The notes: generated by a model from the sequence alone, not told the origin. Positions 36,659-49,209 are shown, counted from the stretch's first letter. The stretch: 64,000 bases of DNA from Macrostomum hystrix (GCA_950097015.1 CATNEN010000003.1:14818001-14882000); one strand, 5' to 3'. Made by a program: numbers and translations.

Positions 36659-38735
36659 AACTTTTGGTCTACCATTTTTGTAAAGGCTTGTACTTCTAAC
36701 AGAAGTGCTAACATCTTAATAGTTACTGTTTAAAAAATGGTACCTAACTAACTAAGAAAAAGTAGTGTAAGTTACATGTTTAAGAACATAATTTACCAAA
36801 GACAGCAATGTAATTGTGTTTGTAAAATATGTATATACATCCTATTGGAGCCAATAGGGGTTTTCGCAGACAGATATTTAGACTGTATAGCAATTGCACA
36901 TTTACACTCTTTTTCTTGAAACCAACTATGCACCTAGCAGGAGTGTCTGCAGATTTTTTTAATTTGCTCCATTAGGGTATATACAAAGACATTTATTCAT
37001 TTGCATTTTCAGTTATACGACAAATTTTGAGAAGTTTATTTTTATTATGTAGCTTTATATATTAATTTGTATATTTTTAAATTGAGTTATATTCTATGAT
37101 GAAGAATGAAGATAAATCATTTGAAATAAAAGTTTAATAATAAGTTACACTTATTAAATGATTCCTCTACATTACTAATTTATGCAGATAAGTCTGTAGA
37201 TTAAGATTTAGTCTGCCTGCTAAAGAGCTAAATGTATATGGGATAATGGTGTAGGCTTTGCCTTAGACACAGATTTTATGTAATGCTCAGAATTGTTATT
37301 TTATTGTTTAATAAATATACAGAGACAAATACTAAGAAAATACTACATTGGTAACACTTTTTGGAAAGCCTATATACTTAGAAAACATATATACAATATA
37401 ATAATTGACCAGAATAACTTAATATGCTACCTAGACTAACTTAATATAGTACTGGAATATCTAAGTACACTAGACAGAATTTATTTTTGTATATACATGA
37501 AATATTTCTAGAGACTAATTCCAAGAAAGCCTTACAACAACTTTGGAGACTTTAATAGTGAAATTACTTTGACATTATATCAAAATACCTCTGTTACAAC
37601 TTTGTTAGGTTATTAAAAAACTAGAACTACAACATTTGATGCATCAGTGAGAATCTTAAATCCCTAAAGTGAATAATAACATAACACTCCTACCAAAACT
37701 TTGGTGGCATTGTAAAGATAAAGGTTAGAATAGTAATTAACCCTAAGACAACTTTGGTTAAATCAAATATTTAGAGTGATAATTAAAGAGAAAAGCACTA
37801 AGACACCTGCCTGCACTATTGTCTCTAAGCAATGGAGGATATAGCCCTATGCACCAAATTTACCAGTCCATTTACATATTACCAGATATATTTGATTTAT
37901 TTAGAAATTACATTTTTAATGAACATACATCAACATCAATAGTACAATATCTTACCCTAATATCCTTAGCTACTTAACCAATCCCTGCCAAACCCTTTAA
38001 CTTTAATGAGTGAGCTACTATTATGTCCCCAATATTGGTCCCAATACTTGCTTTATGAACAAAGCTGCTTTAATCTTAAAACTTGGCCTGTAGATGCAGC
38101 CAGTATCCCTAAACAAACCAGGGCTATAGCTATTACCCTATTAGACTAAGTAGCTATTTTCACAATTTTGCTGCTTAATTGGCATAGCTACTTTCCTAAA
38201 ACTAAAACTGGGTCTAAAAACTAGCAAAATATACAAAAAAAGCTTATACTGAGAAACTGACACAAATAACCAGCATATAAAAAATTATGCTGGTTATTCC
38301 TGTGAATTTCTTCCTGTGGACTGTCAAGACAATATAAGATGCAAATATCAAGACTATTCAACTCTGATTTGTCATCTTGTTGGCTGATATTAAATAGATG
38401 TATTTTGAGTCTTTAGACATCATTAGCTTCTAAAACGCCAATTTGTTAGTGTCCGAAATAATTCGGGCGCACTAACAAATACCTCCAAATGAAATGCTAA
38501 AAATATAAATTTATATTTACTTCAAACAGCCAAATCATATTTTAAATGTAAATAAGAAATCTTTCATTTTGTGTCAATAAGTTTGTTTTTTACACTGAAT
38601 TCACAACAGCTTTATTCTTCCAGTGTTAAGGTCCCTGTTCTCTAAAAAGAATTACAAGTATATAAACACAGACTCAAACAAATTTTTAAAGTGTGAGCAC
38701 AGCATTGTTAAGGCTCAGGCTAGCCCAACGTCGTC

Positions 38736-39350
38736 ATGGACGTTGAGAGCATGCACTCAGCTAGGAGTGGCCGCTCCGATAGATCTCATCGTTCTGCCCC
38801 GGCTCATCACGGTCATCAGCAGCATCGGATTGGAGGTGGCGGCGGCAGGTATCATCCCCAGCAACAGCAGCAGCAGCAGCAGCCGCCGCCACAGATGCCG
38901 CCCCCATTAGCCCAGATGTCGGCAGCTTATCGGCCCCAACCGCCGCCTAATTATGCTCCGCCTTTGCCGCCGACTTCGCTGCCATCGGCTGCTGCAATGA
39001 TGTCTCCCTATCATTATCAGCCGCCGCCAGATACAGACAATCCGGCTGGCGATATTCAACAACAAGCCTATCAGCAGCAACAGCAGCAGCAGCAGCAGGA
39101 TGAAAATTGGGGCGAGACCAACACCGCATTGACTGGGGCGACTAGCGAGACTGGCATGAGCGCCGATGAAATGGCTCGCTATAGTCGCGAACTTGACGCC
39201 GCCGCAGCAGCCGCCGCCGGCGCCGACGCAGCCGGCTTTGACTGCGGACGTGTGATGGCCACTATGCTGAGCGTGACTCTCGGCTGTGCCGCCTTCCTAT
39301 CACCTTTAGCCATGGTGGTGCTGCCCAAGGTTGGAGCGTTCAGTTGGGAT
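38736..39350 (+). CDS. Vang: Van Gogh/Strabismus exon 1
   Basis: DENWGETNTALTGATSE Ser/Thr cluster, TM1 FLSPLAMVVLPK, donor gtaaga. Confidence 0.93.
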
Positions 39351-39473
39351 GTAAGAATTACTTTTATGATGACGCTGAATGTGAAACTAAATAAACTCTA
39401 TGGCTATTTGTATATGATTTCCGGATTCTTCTTATTAGCCAAAATTATTACTAATTTGTAATGAGTTGAAATG

Positions 39474-39548
39474 TTGCCTAGTGTTTAAAGCGTCAGACTA
39501 ACGACATAAACGTCGGGGGTTCGATTCTCGGCTCGACTGGAACAATTT
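39474..39548 (+). mobile_element. SINE family 1 head fragment
   Basis: GTTGCCTAGTG...GGTTCGATTC...CTGGAACAATTT. Confidence 0.7.
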
Positions 39549-39550
39549 CA

Positions 39551-39870
39551 TACACCTCTATACACGAATTAGCACTGCGTCTCAGTGCAGCCTTGCTAGG
39601 CCTTCAAAATTTATCAGCATGTCTCCCGAATGTGCCTGCATCATCTCCGTCTTCAGTGGTCACCTACCTTAATCTAGACGGACTGCTGGACCTTCAAAGG
39701 CTACAACAGGTGGAACTAGGCCACTATGGACAACCTGACGCGAATTTCTCCAATTTCACTGCTTAAGCCTGAATATTAGGCGCAGCTCAACCACAGGACA
39801 CCCTCGCCTAGTCTGTCAACCAATCAGTCACCAGCCAATGCTGTTAGCAGTCGGGCGCTGCCAAAAAATG
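39551..39870 (+). repeat. Dispersed ~320-bp repeat, second copy of the interior of 21548-22144
   Basis: Long shared stretches, e.g. ATCTAGACGGACTGCTGGACCTTCAA and GGCGCAGCTCAACCACAGGACACC. Confidence 0.9.
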
Positions 39871-39981
39871 TCAGGGGGTCACTAGAAATCACTAGATCTT
39901 GATGTATATAGTAATAAAAGCCAAAAAACTGAAATGAACTTTTGGCGCTAAGATAATTTTTTGATTTATGATTTTATTCAG

Positions 39982-40304
39982 GTATCAGCCTGCAGCGTCG
40001 CCTGCGAAGGTCAATTAATCAGTTTGGCATTTCGCCTACTAATCCTACTAGTCGCCACCTGGTGCCTCTTCTTTCGACGCGGCCGAGCCTCTATGCCGCG
40101 GGTGTATATCTTCCGGGCGTTACTATTGTTCCTAGTGTTTGTCATCACGTTCGCCTTCTGGCTATTCTACGGTGTACGAGTTTGGCAATATAAAGAGTCA
40201 GATTATGCTAGTATTGTTCAGTTTGCTGTTGGCCTAGCTGATGCACTTTTGTTTGTGCATTATCTTGGCGTTGTTCTACTCGAGATTCGTCATCTGCAAG
40301 CTAG
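39982..40304 (+). CDS. Vang: Van Gogh exon 2 (TM2-TM4)
   Basis: CEGQLISLAFRLLILL, FWLFYGVR, DALLFVHYLGVVLLEIRHL. Confidence 0.96.
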
Positions 40305-40409
40305 GTAAGAAATGAAAGTAACACAGATAAAAAATTATGTGGCGGCGTATTTTCCATTTTATTTACTACTGTAAAGCGTTTTCTCAACTACTTACTAAGT
40401 AGTATGATA

Positions 40410-40570
40410 GGGTTCAATTGCAAAGTAATCTAACGCGTTTGCCTATTGCACGAATGTCCCCGAGCTCGATTCCACAGTGAAGCCATTTATTTGCTTGGCT
40501 TGTTAAGTTGTCCAGCAATTTACGTCCTTTAGGGACAACCTCCAAGGCACTTAGGTACATGACGAAAAAC
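40410..40570 (+). mobile_element. tRNA-derived SINE family 2, degenerate
   Basis: CGCGTTTGCCT...TCGATTCCAC...AATTTACG...CAACCTCCAAGGCAC shared with 44180-44430. Confidence 0.65.
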
Positions 40571-40649
40571 CCCAACAAATGGCTTGGTAGTCATACCGTT
40601 ATGTAGAATGATAGAAATACTTTATTTTTTACACATTTTTCTATTGCAG

Positions 40650-40826
40650 ATACGCCATCAAAGTGTTGCGCTCACCAGATGGCGAGTCCAGAGTCTATTC
40701 AGTTGGAGAATTGAGCATTCAACGCGCCGCAGTTGTTGTATTGCAACAATACGCATTGGATTTTAACGCTTTTAATCCTTATCTAGAGCAGGCCTACGCT
40801 AGCGCCAGGAATCGGTCCGCGCATCG
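40650..40826 (+). CDS. Vang: Van Gogh exon 3
   Basis: [25 protein letters not shown]. Confidence 0.95.
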
Positions 40827-40907
40827 GTTAGTCACTGGGCTGGCTGTCTTATTTTGCTGGGCGTGTTTTTGTTTTCAAATTAGTATAAGAATAGAAAGGG
40901 TAGTTTA

Positions 40908-41700
40908 TGACTGACTGACAGTGAGTGACTGACTGACAATGACTGACTGACTGACACTGAATGACTGACTGACAGTGAGTGACTGACTGACAGTGAGTGA
41001 CTGACTGACAGCGAGTGACTGACTGACAGCGAGTGACTGACTGACAGTGAGTGACTGACTGACAGCGAGTGACTGACTGACAGTGAGTGACTGACTGACA
41101 GCGAGTGACTGACTGACAGTGAGTGACTGACTGACAGTGAGTGACTGACTGACTGACAGTGAGTGACGGACTGACAGCGAGTGACTGACTGACAGCGAGT
41201 GACTGACTGACAGTGATTGGCGCACATAGTGACTGACTGACAGTGACTGACTGACTGACAGCGAGTGACTGACTGACTGACAGTGAGTGACTGACTGACA
41301 GTGAGTGACTGACTGTCAGCGAGTGACTGACTGACATTGAGTGACTGACTGACAGTGAGTGACTGACTGACAGCGAGTGACTGACTGACAGTGAGTGACT
41401 GACTGACAGCGAGTGACTGACTGACAGTGAGTGACTGACTGACAGCGAGTGACTGACTGACAGTGAGTGACTGACTGACAGCGAGTGACTGACTGACAGT
41501 GAGTGACTGACTGACAGTGAGTGACTGACTGACAGTGAGTGAGTGACTGACAGTGAGTGACTGACTGACAGCGAGTGACTGACTGACAGTGAGTGACTGA
41601 CTGACAGCGAGTGACTGACTGACAGTGAGTGACTGACTGACAGCGAGTGACTGACTGACAGTGAGTGACTGACTGACAGTGATTGGCGCACACAGTGACT
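40908..41700. repeat. 18-bp minisatellite GACAG(T/C)GAGTGACTGACT, derived from GACT
   Basis: About 43 units in Vang intron 3. Confidence 0.95.
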
Positions 41701-41735
41701 GGCTGTCTGCAAAGCGCAATCATTCTCTACCGCAG

Positions 41736-42540
41736 ACGCAGCTATCGGTTCTACGACGTCGACCAAGGCTCGCAGGCCAACGGATCAGCCGCTGCCGGGG
41801 GTGACGGCGGCGGCGGTGGCGATCACCGCAGCGCCGGCGGTCACAGCAGTCGTCGCCGGGGTAGCGCAGCTGGCGGAGGAGGCGGTGGTGGCGGCGGAGG
41901 CGGTGGCGGTCGTTCAGCAGCCGATCGCTTCTATGACGAATGCGAATACGAACGAAGACTGCGAAAGCGTCGCGCCAGACTAGTGACCGCCGCCGAGGAA
42001 GCCTTTGCTCATGTTCGCCGGGCTACCAGTTCGGAATTGTTAGGACAGCAGCATCTGGCACAGCAGCAGCTAGCCCCGCATCTGCAGCATCAGCAGCAGC
42101 AGCAGCCAGTTGGCAAGCCGATGGCTGCTCACGAAGCTGCCCAGACAATATTTCCCACAATGCTCAGAGCACTTCAGAAATATTTGCGCATCACTAAACA
42201 GCAGCCGCGCTACACTACAGACATGGTGCTGCAGCATCTAACCAATTGCATTCACTACGGCTTGAGTGCGAAAACATTCGTTGAACGCTACCTAACCCAA
42301 GGACCCGTGGTTGAAGATCCTCGCGCGCCGGCTGGTAGGAAGCGCCAGCTATGGACACTGCTGTGCGACTGTATGCTATCCAGATCTCTAGACGATGGCG
42401 TACAATTCTGCCTGCGCCAGGGCGATGTCAGCCTATTCTGCACTGTGAAACGGATACCATTCTTCAGCCTGAGCGAGGAGACCTTCGATTATAAGAGGCA
42501 CAAGTTTATGCTGCGTCTCAATTCGGAAACGTCGGTTTGA
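41736..42540 (+). CDS. Vang: Van Gogh exon 4 (cytoplasmic tail with PDZ-binding motif)
   Basis: YERRLRKRRARLVTAAEEAFAHV, LQKYLRITKQQ, ends RLNSETSV-stop. The four exons total 1920 nt. Confidence 0.97.
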
Positions 42541-44179
42541 ATTTAAATCGAAGTTGATGTTTTTTTTAACTCACTACTTACTACTCAGCATGAGCAGTAG
42601 TGTGTTGTTACGCCCGTTTTTCTTGGCCTAGTTTTTTTCTCATAACAATTTTTTGCCCGATGAAACAAAAAAACGCGAGTCGTCAGTTGTCTTGCTTGCA
42701 TGAGTGTTTGAATGTATTTAGCATGCTTTATTGTTTGCTTTTTCACTCTCTCTTTTAACTCATTTTAACTGCTTTCATCGAATATAATTATGAACCCAGC
42801 TAAGGATATTTGAATAGACTTGCCTGGCTTTATGTTTTCACCGTTTTATTTGTTTTTCTCAGATCAGAGAAGATAATAATTCTCGCATTGCTACTGTCAG
42901 TAGGCATCGAAGCTCTCTTGTGTGTGCGTGAATGTTTTTTAATAATGTTTTATAGGGCCAGTTTGTTATATTAGTATGATTTATTAACGTACAACTGGCT
43001 TTCGTTCTTTGTCTCGGCCTGTTTTTTAACCTGTTTCTTTTTGTGGCTTAGATATCGTTTTATGTATTACTGCTAGTAGTATTAATATTAGGTTGGCAAA
43101 TCTAATACAAACTTATTAAACTCGCCGACAAGAGTTTTAATTTGCACCTTTATTAGCTAATGTAGAACAGATTGTTAGCTTAGGTTTGGCTTGTTTGTTT
43201 GTCTCTATTCGCATGTTTAAAAAATTAAATGCGCTTGATGGCTTTTTCTAATCTGCCTACTATTAGTATTAGATTGTGCTTTTCATAAATTCTATCATGA
43301 TATATGTGTATCGAGGCAGCGGCCCAAAAAACTGTCGCTTTTTAGTCAACTTTCATAATTTAGATATTTGCCCCAGCTTTTTGTTTCTCTTTTCGTCTTT
43401 TTGCTATTCACTTTAACAATGAGAAATGTGTACTTTTTATTTTTATTGGCGGACTATTATTACTAATACTTTTAAACTTGTTCGTCGGGGCACAATTTTA
43501 GGTCCTTGGTTTGACAGATCAGTGACAGTTCATAATCTGTCCTCATTTTAGAAGTCTGGCTATACTACTTATATAATAGTAGCGTATCATTTAATGTAAT
43601 TTATCATTTTCTACTTTAGACAGCTGTTGTGAATGCAGTGATTTTTTACCAGTTACATATATACACGTCCTTGTATACCATGTTTGCTTTTTTGCTGCTT
43701 ACATCGGTACGTCTTGTTTTATTAAATCGCCTATTGCTCCTTTAGATTGCAAAACATCATAGTAGTGTGCAGCAATCACATTAATAAATATTAAATAAAA
43801 TCATAATAATTCTTAGAAGCGATCGAGAGTTCGTTGTGCAATCCTGTCATCTAATGGCGCGATTTCATGACACTCTTAACTTTTATATCAGTTTTTGTAG
43901 TCCTCTCGCTATATATCTATGAAAAAACTCTGCAATGTTATTTGCGTAGCGCAATGCTTCAATTGATACAGTTATTGACTGTATTGATGCGTGTTCTAAT
44001 CTTTCCTCATTGTTTACTATTCAATAGTAGACTGGATGAGCTGGCTGGATTGAGAAGTCGTTGGTAGAGCTTGTGACGAAAGTGGCTGTTGACTTGGATG
44101 GAAAGAGGCGGTGTTTGAAGGTTTGATTAAAAAACGGGCTTGAAGTCTCGAATGCGGCAAGCAGGAATGCGTATGTGTA

Positions 44180-44430
44180 GGGGGTTAGGTGGCAGAGCGC
44201 TTATCGCGTTTGCCTCTCGCACCAAGGTCCCTAAGTTCGATTCCACGGCGAGGCCACAATTATTTGGGGTGCAGCCGCGGAGAGAAGGCTTGGCGGCTTG
44301 TGTAATTTACGCCGTTGAGGGCCAACCTCCAAGGCACATTGAAATGTACACTGCCTTGACGATGAGAAAGTCAGGGCAGATGTACACACCTGTGTGAGCC
44401 TATGCCTGAGTACGGTATCCGTGCGTGTCT
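44180..44430 (+). mobile_element. tRNA-derived SINE family 2
   Basis: A-box-like GGTGGCAGAGCG, B box AGTTCGATTCC, body shared with 40410-40570. The 3' limit is uncertain. Confidence 0.65.
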
Positions 44431-46519
44431 TCTCAGGAGTCAGCGAAATTAAGGTTTCCGAGTCACCAAATGGTGTGCCATTGCCCGCAGCCCGACTGCA
44501 ATTATTATTATAGTTTCATTGTTGGAGCTTCCTTCAAAAGAAGATCTTTGATTTCGATTGTTTCCTGTAGTTATGAGCGCATGTCAGGGCTGGTCGCTAT
44601 AGTAGGCATTCTGGTAGGGCAGTCTTTGTTTACCACTGAAATTTTTAATTCTATCGTTGAGGAGGTCTTCAGCGATGAGTTTTTTTCGGCCATCGAAGAT
44701 CGTTGATCTAGAGCTCGCCACCTTTGGGCACGAGTGTCACGCTAAGTTTTCTGTGGCATCTTCATAATCTAGCAGCTTCTTGACGATGCACAATGCTGCG
44801 ATAGATTATGCCGCGGTGGATGAGGACGAGACGAGAGGCCCCCTCGTTTCTGGTGCGGTCTTGGCAAAAATTAAAGTTAATATAGCTAGAGTTGTTGTCA
44901 AGGACCACTAGGAGTAGAATCTTTGTAAGTAAAGAAAACCGTATGAAGATCAAAATATCATTTACAAAACTTTATAACATTCGCTAGAGCAGCATGATAG
45001 GCAAGTTATCTTAAAAACTGCTTTATATCTGCTTCCAATCAAAAGCTGTCACCATTCAGATCTGACAAAGTGAAATTTTCTTATCTCCGAAGTTTATTTT
45101 TTTCGCAAAAACCTGCCTTGTTTTTTCCTAGGAGGTCTTTGGCGTTGAATTGCTGAATGAATGTGAATGAAGGGAGCGAAGGCGCGAGGCGAAGGCGAGG
45201 ACGAGAGAATGCATGGCAGGCGTGAAAATGCTGATGGGGAGATAAGTACCATCGGCTGGAGGCGGGTCTATAGACTGCAAACAGTGCCAAAATGAAGCCA
45301 TACGAGTCCACTTCAGCTTAGTGCAAGCTGCACACGGGTATAATTTGTGAAGCCAGCTAGCTGTGACAGCTAAAGCTAGGATCGAGATCATAAAAACAGC
45401 TGACCCACAGAGTTAGACAATGTTCTTATTACAGGCACCGCAGGTCAGGGCCTCAGATTTGGTTTATAATGCCGGCTCTGATGGGAAGCAGGCGGACAGG
45501 GTTGGTCCGAAGCAGAAGAAAATGTTTAAAGAGTTGAGCGCCGTTCTTGCCACTGAAACGATCTGTCGGGCCCCGTATAGGATGGGTGGCAGATCTTTAG
45601 CCTCAAGGGCCACTAGTAGTTAGCTTTTATTTAGTAGTTCTTGTTTGGCCGAGGGTAGGACCATGACGAAGTCGTATCTACCTTTAATATATAGGGGATC
45701 GATTCCCAAGCATATCTTGGGAGGTAAATAGCTAAAAGTGTATACTCTTGAAAACTATATTGAGATATAAGTTTTCTCCGCCGACATACCGCTGTTAAAA
45801 TCAATAACAAATAAGCTCGATAACGCTTAAAAGTACAATCGGGAAGCACTACATCGAAAGTTTTATAGCACGCAAACTGTGTTTTCAGAGCAAAAATGAT
45901 TTTGGATAGAATAAATAGATTTTGATCTAATCGTGAACTTGTTTGTTGTTTTTACTTTTTTCTTTGCAATTATTATATGTAAATTAATAAAAATTAGAAA
46001 AATTGATAGGACTAATTCAGAGTATTGGTGCCCAGAAAAAATTGTATCCTTGAATTGTTTATGATTTATCTTTATTCAAAATTTTTTTTTCTTTGACACA
46101 ACGTGCTCGTGTGAGACCAATTAATAACAGTCAGCAGGCCGATGCGTTTTAGTCGCCAGCGTCACCTCGGCAGAATTTTAATTTGTAATTCTTAATTTCT
46201 TACTATTTCTAATTTTAGTTTGCTTTGTGATGGTTTAACCTAACTAAATAGCTTTGATTAGAGGTATAAAAGGGTTTGGTATCGCTACAGGCCCGTGGTG
46301 AATATTTTTGCTTGCTGCAAACTCTTATTTATGGATATTTCTATCATTTCTTAGGATAACTTCTTGCTTTATATATGTCAATTTATTGATTCAGTTTTAC
46401 TATAACTATAGTCACTGTCTTTTTTATGAAATAACTGCAATTAAATTTTAGTAAAACACTTAGTTATTAATAAGTTAGGCCTAGCGATATTGTGTCTGAG
46501 TGACCAGACACCTTTATTT

Positions 46520-48480
46520 ACCTATCCACTAGTCAATTGAGGTTTCCAGTTGTACTTTGGATACTGATGGACAAGACTTGCTTAGTCAATCACCGCATTT
46601 AAAAAAATCTCCTTATTTATTGGTTCCTCTCAGGAAATGATATGTATTATTTAATGCTTAGAATGAGATATATGTATTGTAGGGAAATAAGTAGAACAAA
46701 TGGAATTATTGAGCTTAACACTTTTTAAATAAAAAACCAACTTTCATTTGCATTATTTTCAAATTGGTAAATGTAACTTGTTGGAGATCTTGTTGGAGAG
46801 CCTTCACAATCATTTAGCTTAAGTGTGAGATCCTTGTTAATACTAGGCCACACTCTGGCCAGCAACTTTATCCACTTAACACCAACATGTCCTTTATGCA
46901 ATATCTCTGTCATAATTATCTTAACATTTGTGGAATGATGATTCCATTCCCTCAGTAGATGATGTTGTCTAGGCTAAGTTTGTTTGTCATTTTATGGCAA
47001 AGCAGTAGCTTTATTCTTACTTCTTCAGTCCATCCAAACTTCAGCTGCTTGAACAAAAAGCAATCATCTGATTCTGCTTTAAAACTTCAAGGATTTTTTC
47101 TTGGAAATTGGCATCTTTTTTAAAATGTTTTTTAATCGTTGTTTGGTTATTTTTCCTTCTTTCTTCAGATAGTCAAGTTCTTACTTCACTTGGTCCCATG
47201 TGGCAAATGAAACAGCTTGTGTTTTGCGGAAAATTGGCATTGTGCATTCAGCCAATGTGATTGACACTTTAGCTGATGATGATGCAACTCTTACCAGTTG
47301 CTCAGCATCTGTAGCATTGAGCCACCAACATAAAAAACAGTGCTGCCTGATTTCACTATATACAGTTAAAGCTTTCCTCTGAATTCTTGATATACTAAAT
47401 GACCTCACGGACATGTGAGACACCTAGCAGGTATTTCATTGCTATTATAATCCTTGAACCGGCAAGTTGTGGTCTCTATTATTGTATGCTCCTTCAGCTG
47501 AATGAATTCAGCAAGTTACATCAGTGAAAAGTCAGACCCTGTATCCAACAACATTTGAATTTGTTGAGTACCATTTATGACCACCTGCCTTTTGAACCAT
47601 AGTCATCAGGTTCAGGTGTTTTACCAGTAACTGCACTGATAATAAAATTATTTGTTAGGAAATATCCACTTCTTTTGCACAGGGTCTTCAGGTTGAGGTT
47701 ACCAACCTTTCTGCTAAGTCTGCACTTGAAGTTTAACTTGCACTTGCACTATAGCAAACTCTTGAATTCATGCTTCTGAGCACATTTGCTTATGAGTTGA
47801 ATAGGCTTTGGTGTCCACTTGCTTGATACATTTGAAGATAAAAAGTTCTTCTTCATCTAGAGTTTAAAAACTTCTACCTTTGACTTTTTCTTCTCCTTTG
47901 CTGACAGCCTCACACGCTGAAGCCTCTGTGGTGACCTTTTCCTAAGATAGGTCATCCAGCTTCTTTGTCAGCAGTCTCTATTTTCCAATCCAAAAATGAA
48001 TTGATCACAAAGTTGCTTGTTGATGTTAGTAAACTGGCATCCTTCAGAATCCAGTGTCAGTCTTCTTGTATAAGATGCAGTGTCCTTGTATTTATTTTGC
48101 TTCATTTGATAAAACTCATTCCAAAATGCAAATTTTGCTAACTTATCTGACTTGATTTGGCTCTTCAGTACTCCAACCAGTTCCTCATATAACTTGGAAG
48201 TTGACGCACATCTGCAATTATGTCAAATCATTTTGGACCAATTGACGCTGGGAATGCATTCCTTTTTGTATCATCCTTCTATCCTTCAAGTAAAGTGATA
48301 ACCTCGAACCTTTGGACTCAGCACTTTGGGCACTTGTTGACAATCAGTATCTCCAGTTGCCTTGCACCAATCCTCATTCCCATTTTTAGCTTGACTTTGA
48401 GTCACCAAGGCAGTTGACATGTTGGCATAGTTGACTAATGTTGGTTCTTATTTATTTTATCTCTCCAGTGTTGCTCCACT
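46520..48480 (-). mobile_element. Highly decayed Ty3/Gypsy gag-pol relic
   Basis: Protease QMLLDTGSD (47531-47557), RNase H-like ATDA (~47310), integrase Zn-region LHKGHVG...ARVWPSINKDL (~46830-46910), in Gypsy order. Many stops and frameshifts. Confidence 0.75.
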
Positions 48481-48550
48481 TTTGCTCAGCTAGAACACAC
48501 ATACACCGACTGTTACTCTTAATAATTCAATGCATATTTAACTATTTGCT

Positions 48551-48846
48551 CTAGCTGGCAAGGCGTCGGACTCACGACTTGAAGGTCGGGGGTTCGATTC
48601 CCGACTCCACTGGAACAATTTGTGTCCTTTAGCAAGACACTTAACTCTGCATTGCTTCAGTTCACCCAGCTGTTAAATGGGTACCAGCATCAGCTGGGAT
48701 ACTTGAAGGTGGGTGTGGCGTCCCCCCAGTCCATGGACTGAACAGCTGTACACAGCCTTCAGATGCACCACTCATTAGCTGCGGCTGTGCTGTCGGCTGC
48801 ACATCTGACCCAATTGGGGCAGGTTTAATCAATTATTATTATTATG
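48551..48846 (+). mobile_element. SINE family 1 (CORE-SINE), best-preserved CORE
   Basis: B box GGTTCGATTCC, TGTGTCCTTTAGCAAGACACTTAACTCTGCATTGCTTCAGTTCACCCAGCTGTTAAATGGG, (TTA)n tail. Confidence 0.9.
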
Positions 48847-49074
48847 GCAAGGCTCCTATTTTATTGACATATTTATTACTTTAAATAATTTTATCATATA
48901 ACTTGTTTAAACAAAACACCATTTTTATAAAAGTTGTTAATTGAAATACTTTAGAACAATATACATTACAAAGAGTTTTATAAAAAAAATTATGTTTTAT
49001 GCTATATATAATTCTTTCAGGATCAAAGTCTGAATTAGAAACCAAGTGCATTGTACTACTTAAAAAGCCTGCAA

Positions 49075-49119
49075 ATGGAGGAAACAGGCTTAACAAAAAA
49101 GAAGAAGAACACCTTCAAG
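49075..49119 (+). CDS. UTP20: UTP20 exon 1
   Basis: MEETGLTKKKKNTFK|gtaaat, phase-consistent with the downstream exons. Confidence 0.7.
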
Positions 49120-49209
49120 GTAAATTAGCTGTGTGCTATGTTCTCATTATTAAACTGATATTAATATAAGCAACACACTAATTAATTGATCATTTTTTTA
49201 AACTGCCAG

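Noticed and set aside
39610-39665. Possible hammerhead ribozyme on the minus strand (CTGAAGA core)
   Set aside because: No GAAA core follows, and the second copy at ~21880 lacks CTGANGA.
40849-41766. Long Ser/Val/His/Cys repeat ORFs, and similar ORFs at 81, 2270, 15607, 15874, 19000, 29209, 29261, 50934, 58458 and 58486
   Set aside because: These are translations of intronic minisatellites that happen to lack stop codons.
44430-45850. Additional gene or retroelement between Vang and the Gypsy relic
   Set aside because: Short ORFs with no recognisable motifs. Probably decayed repeats, but I cannot classify them.
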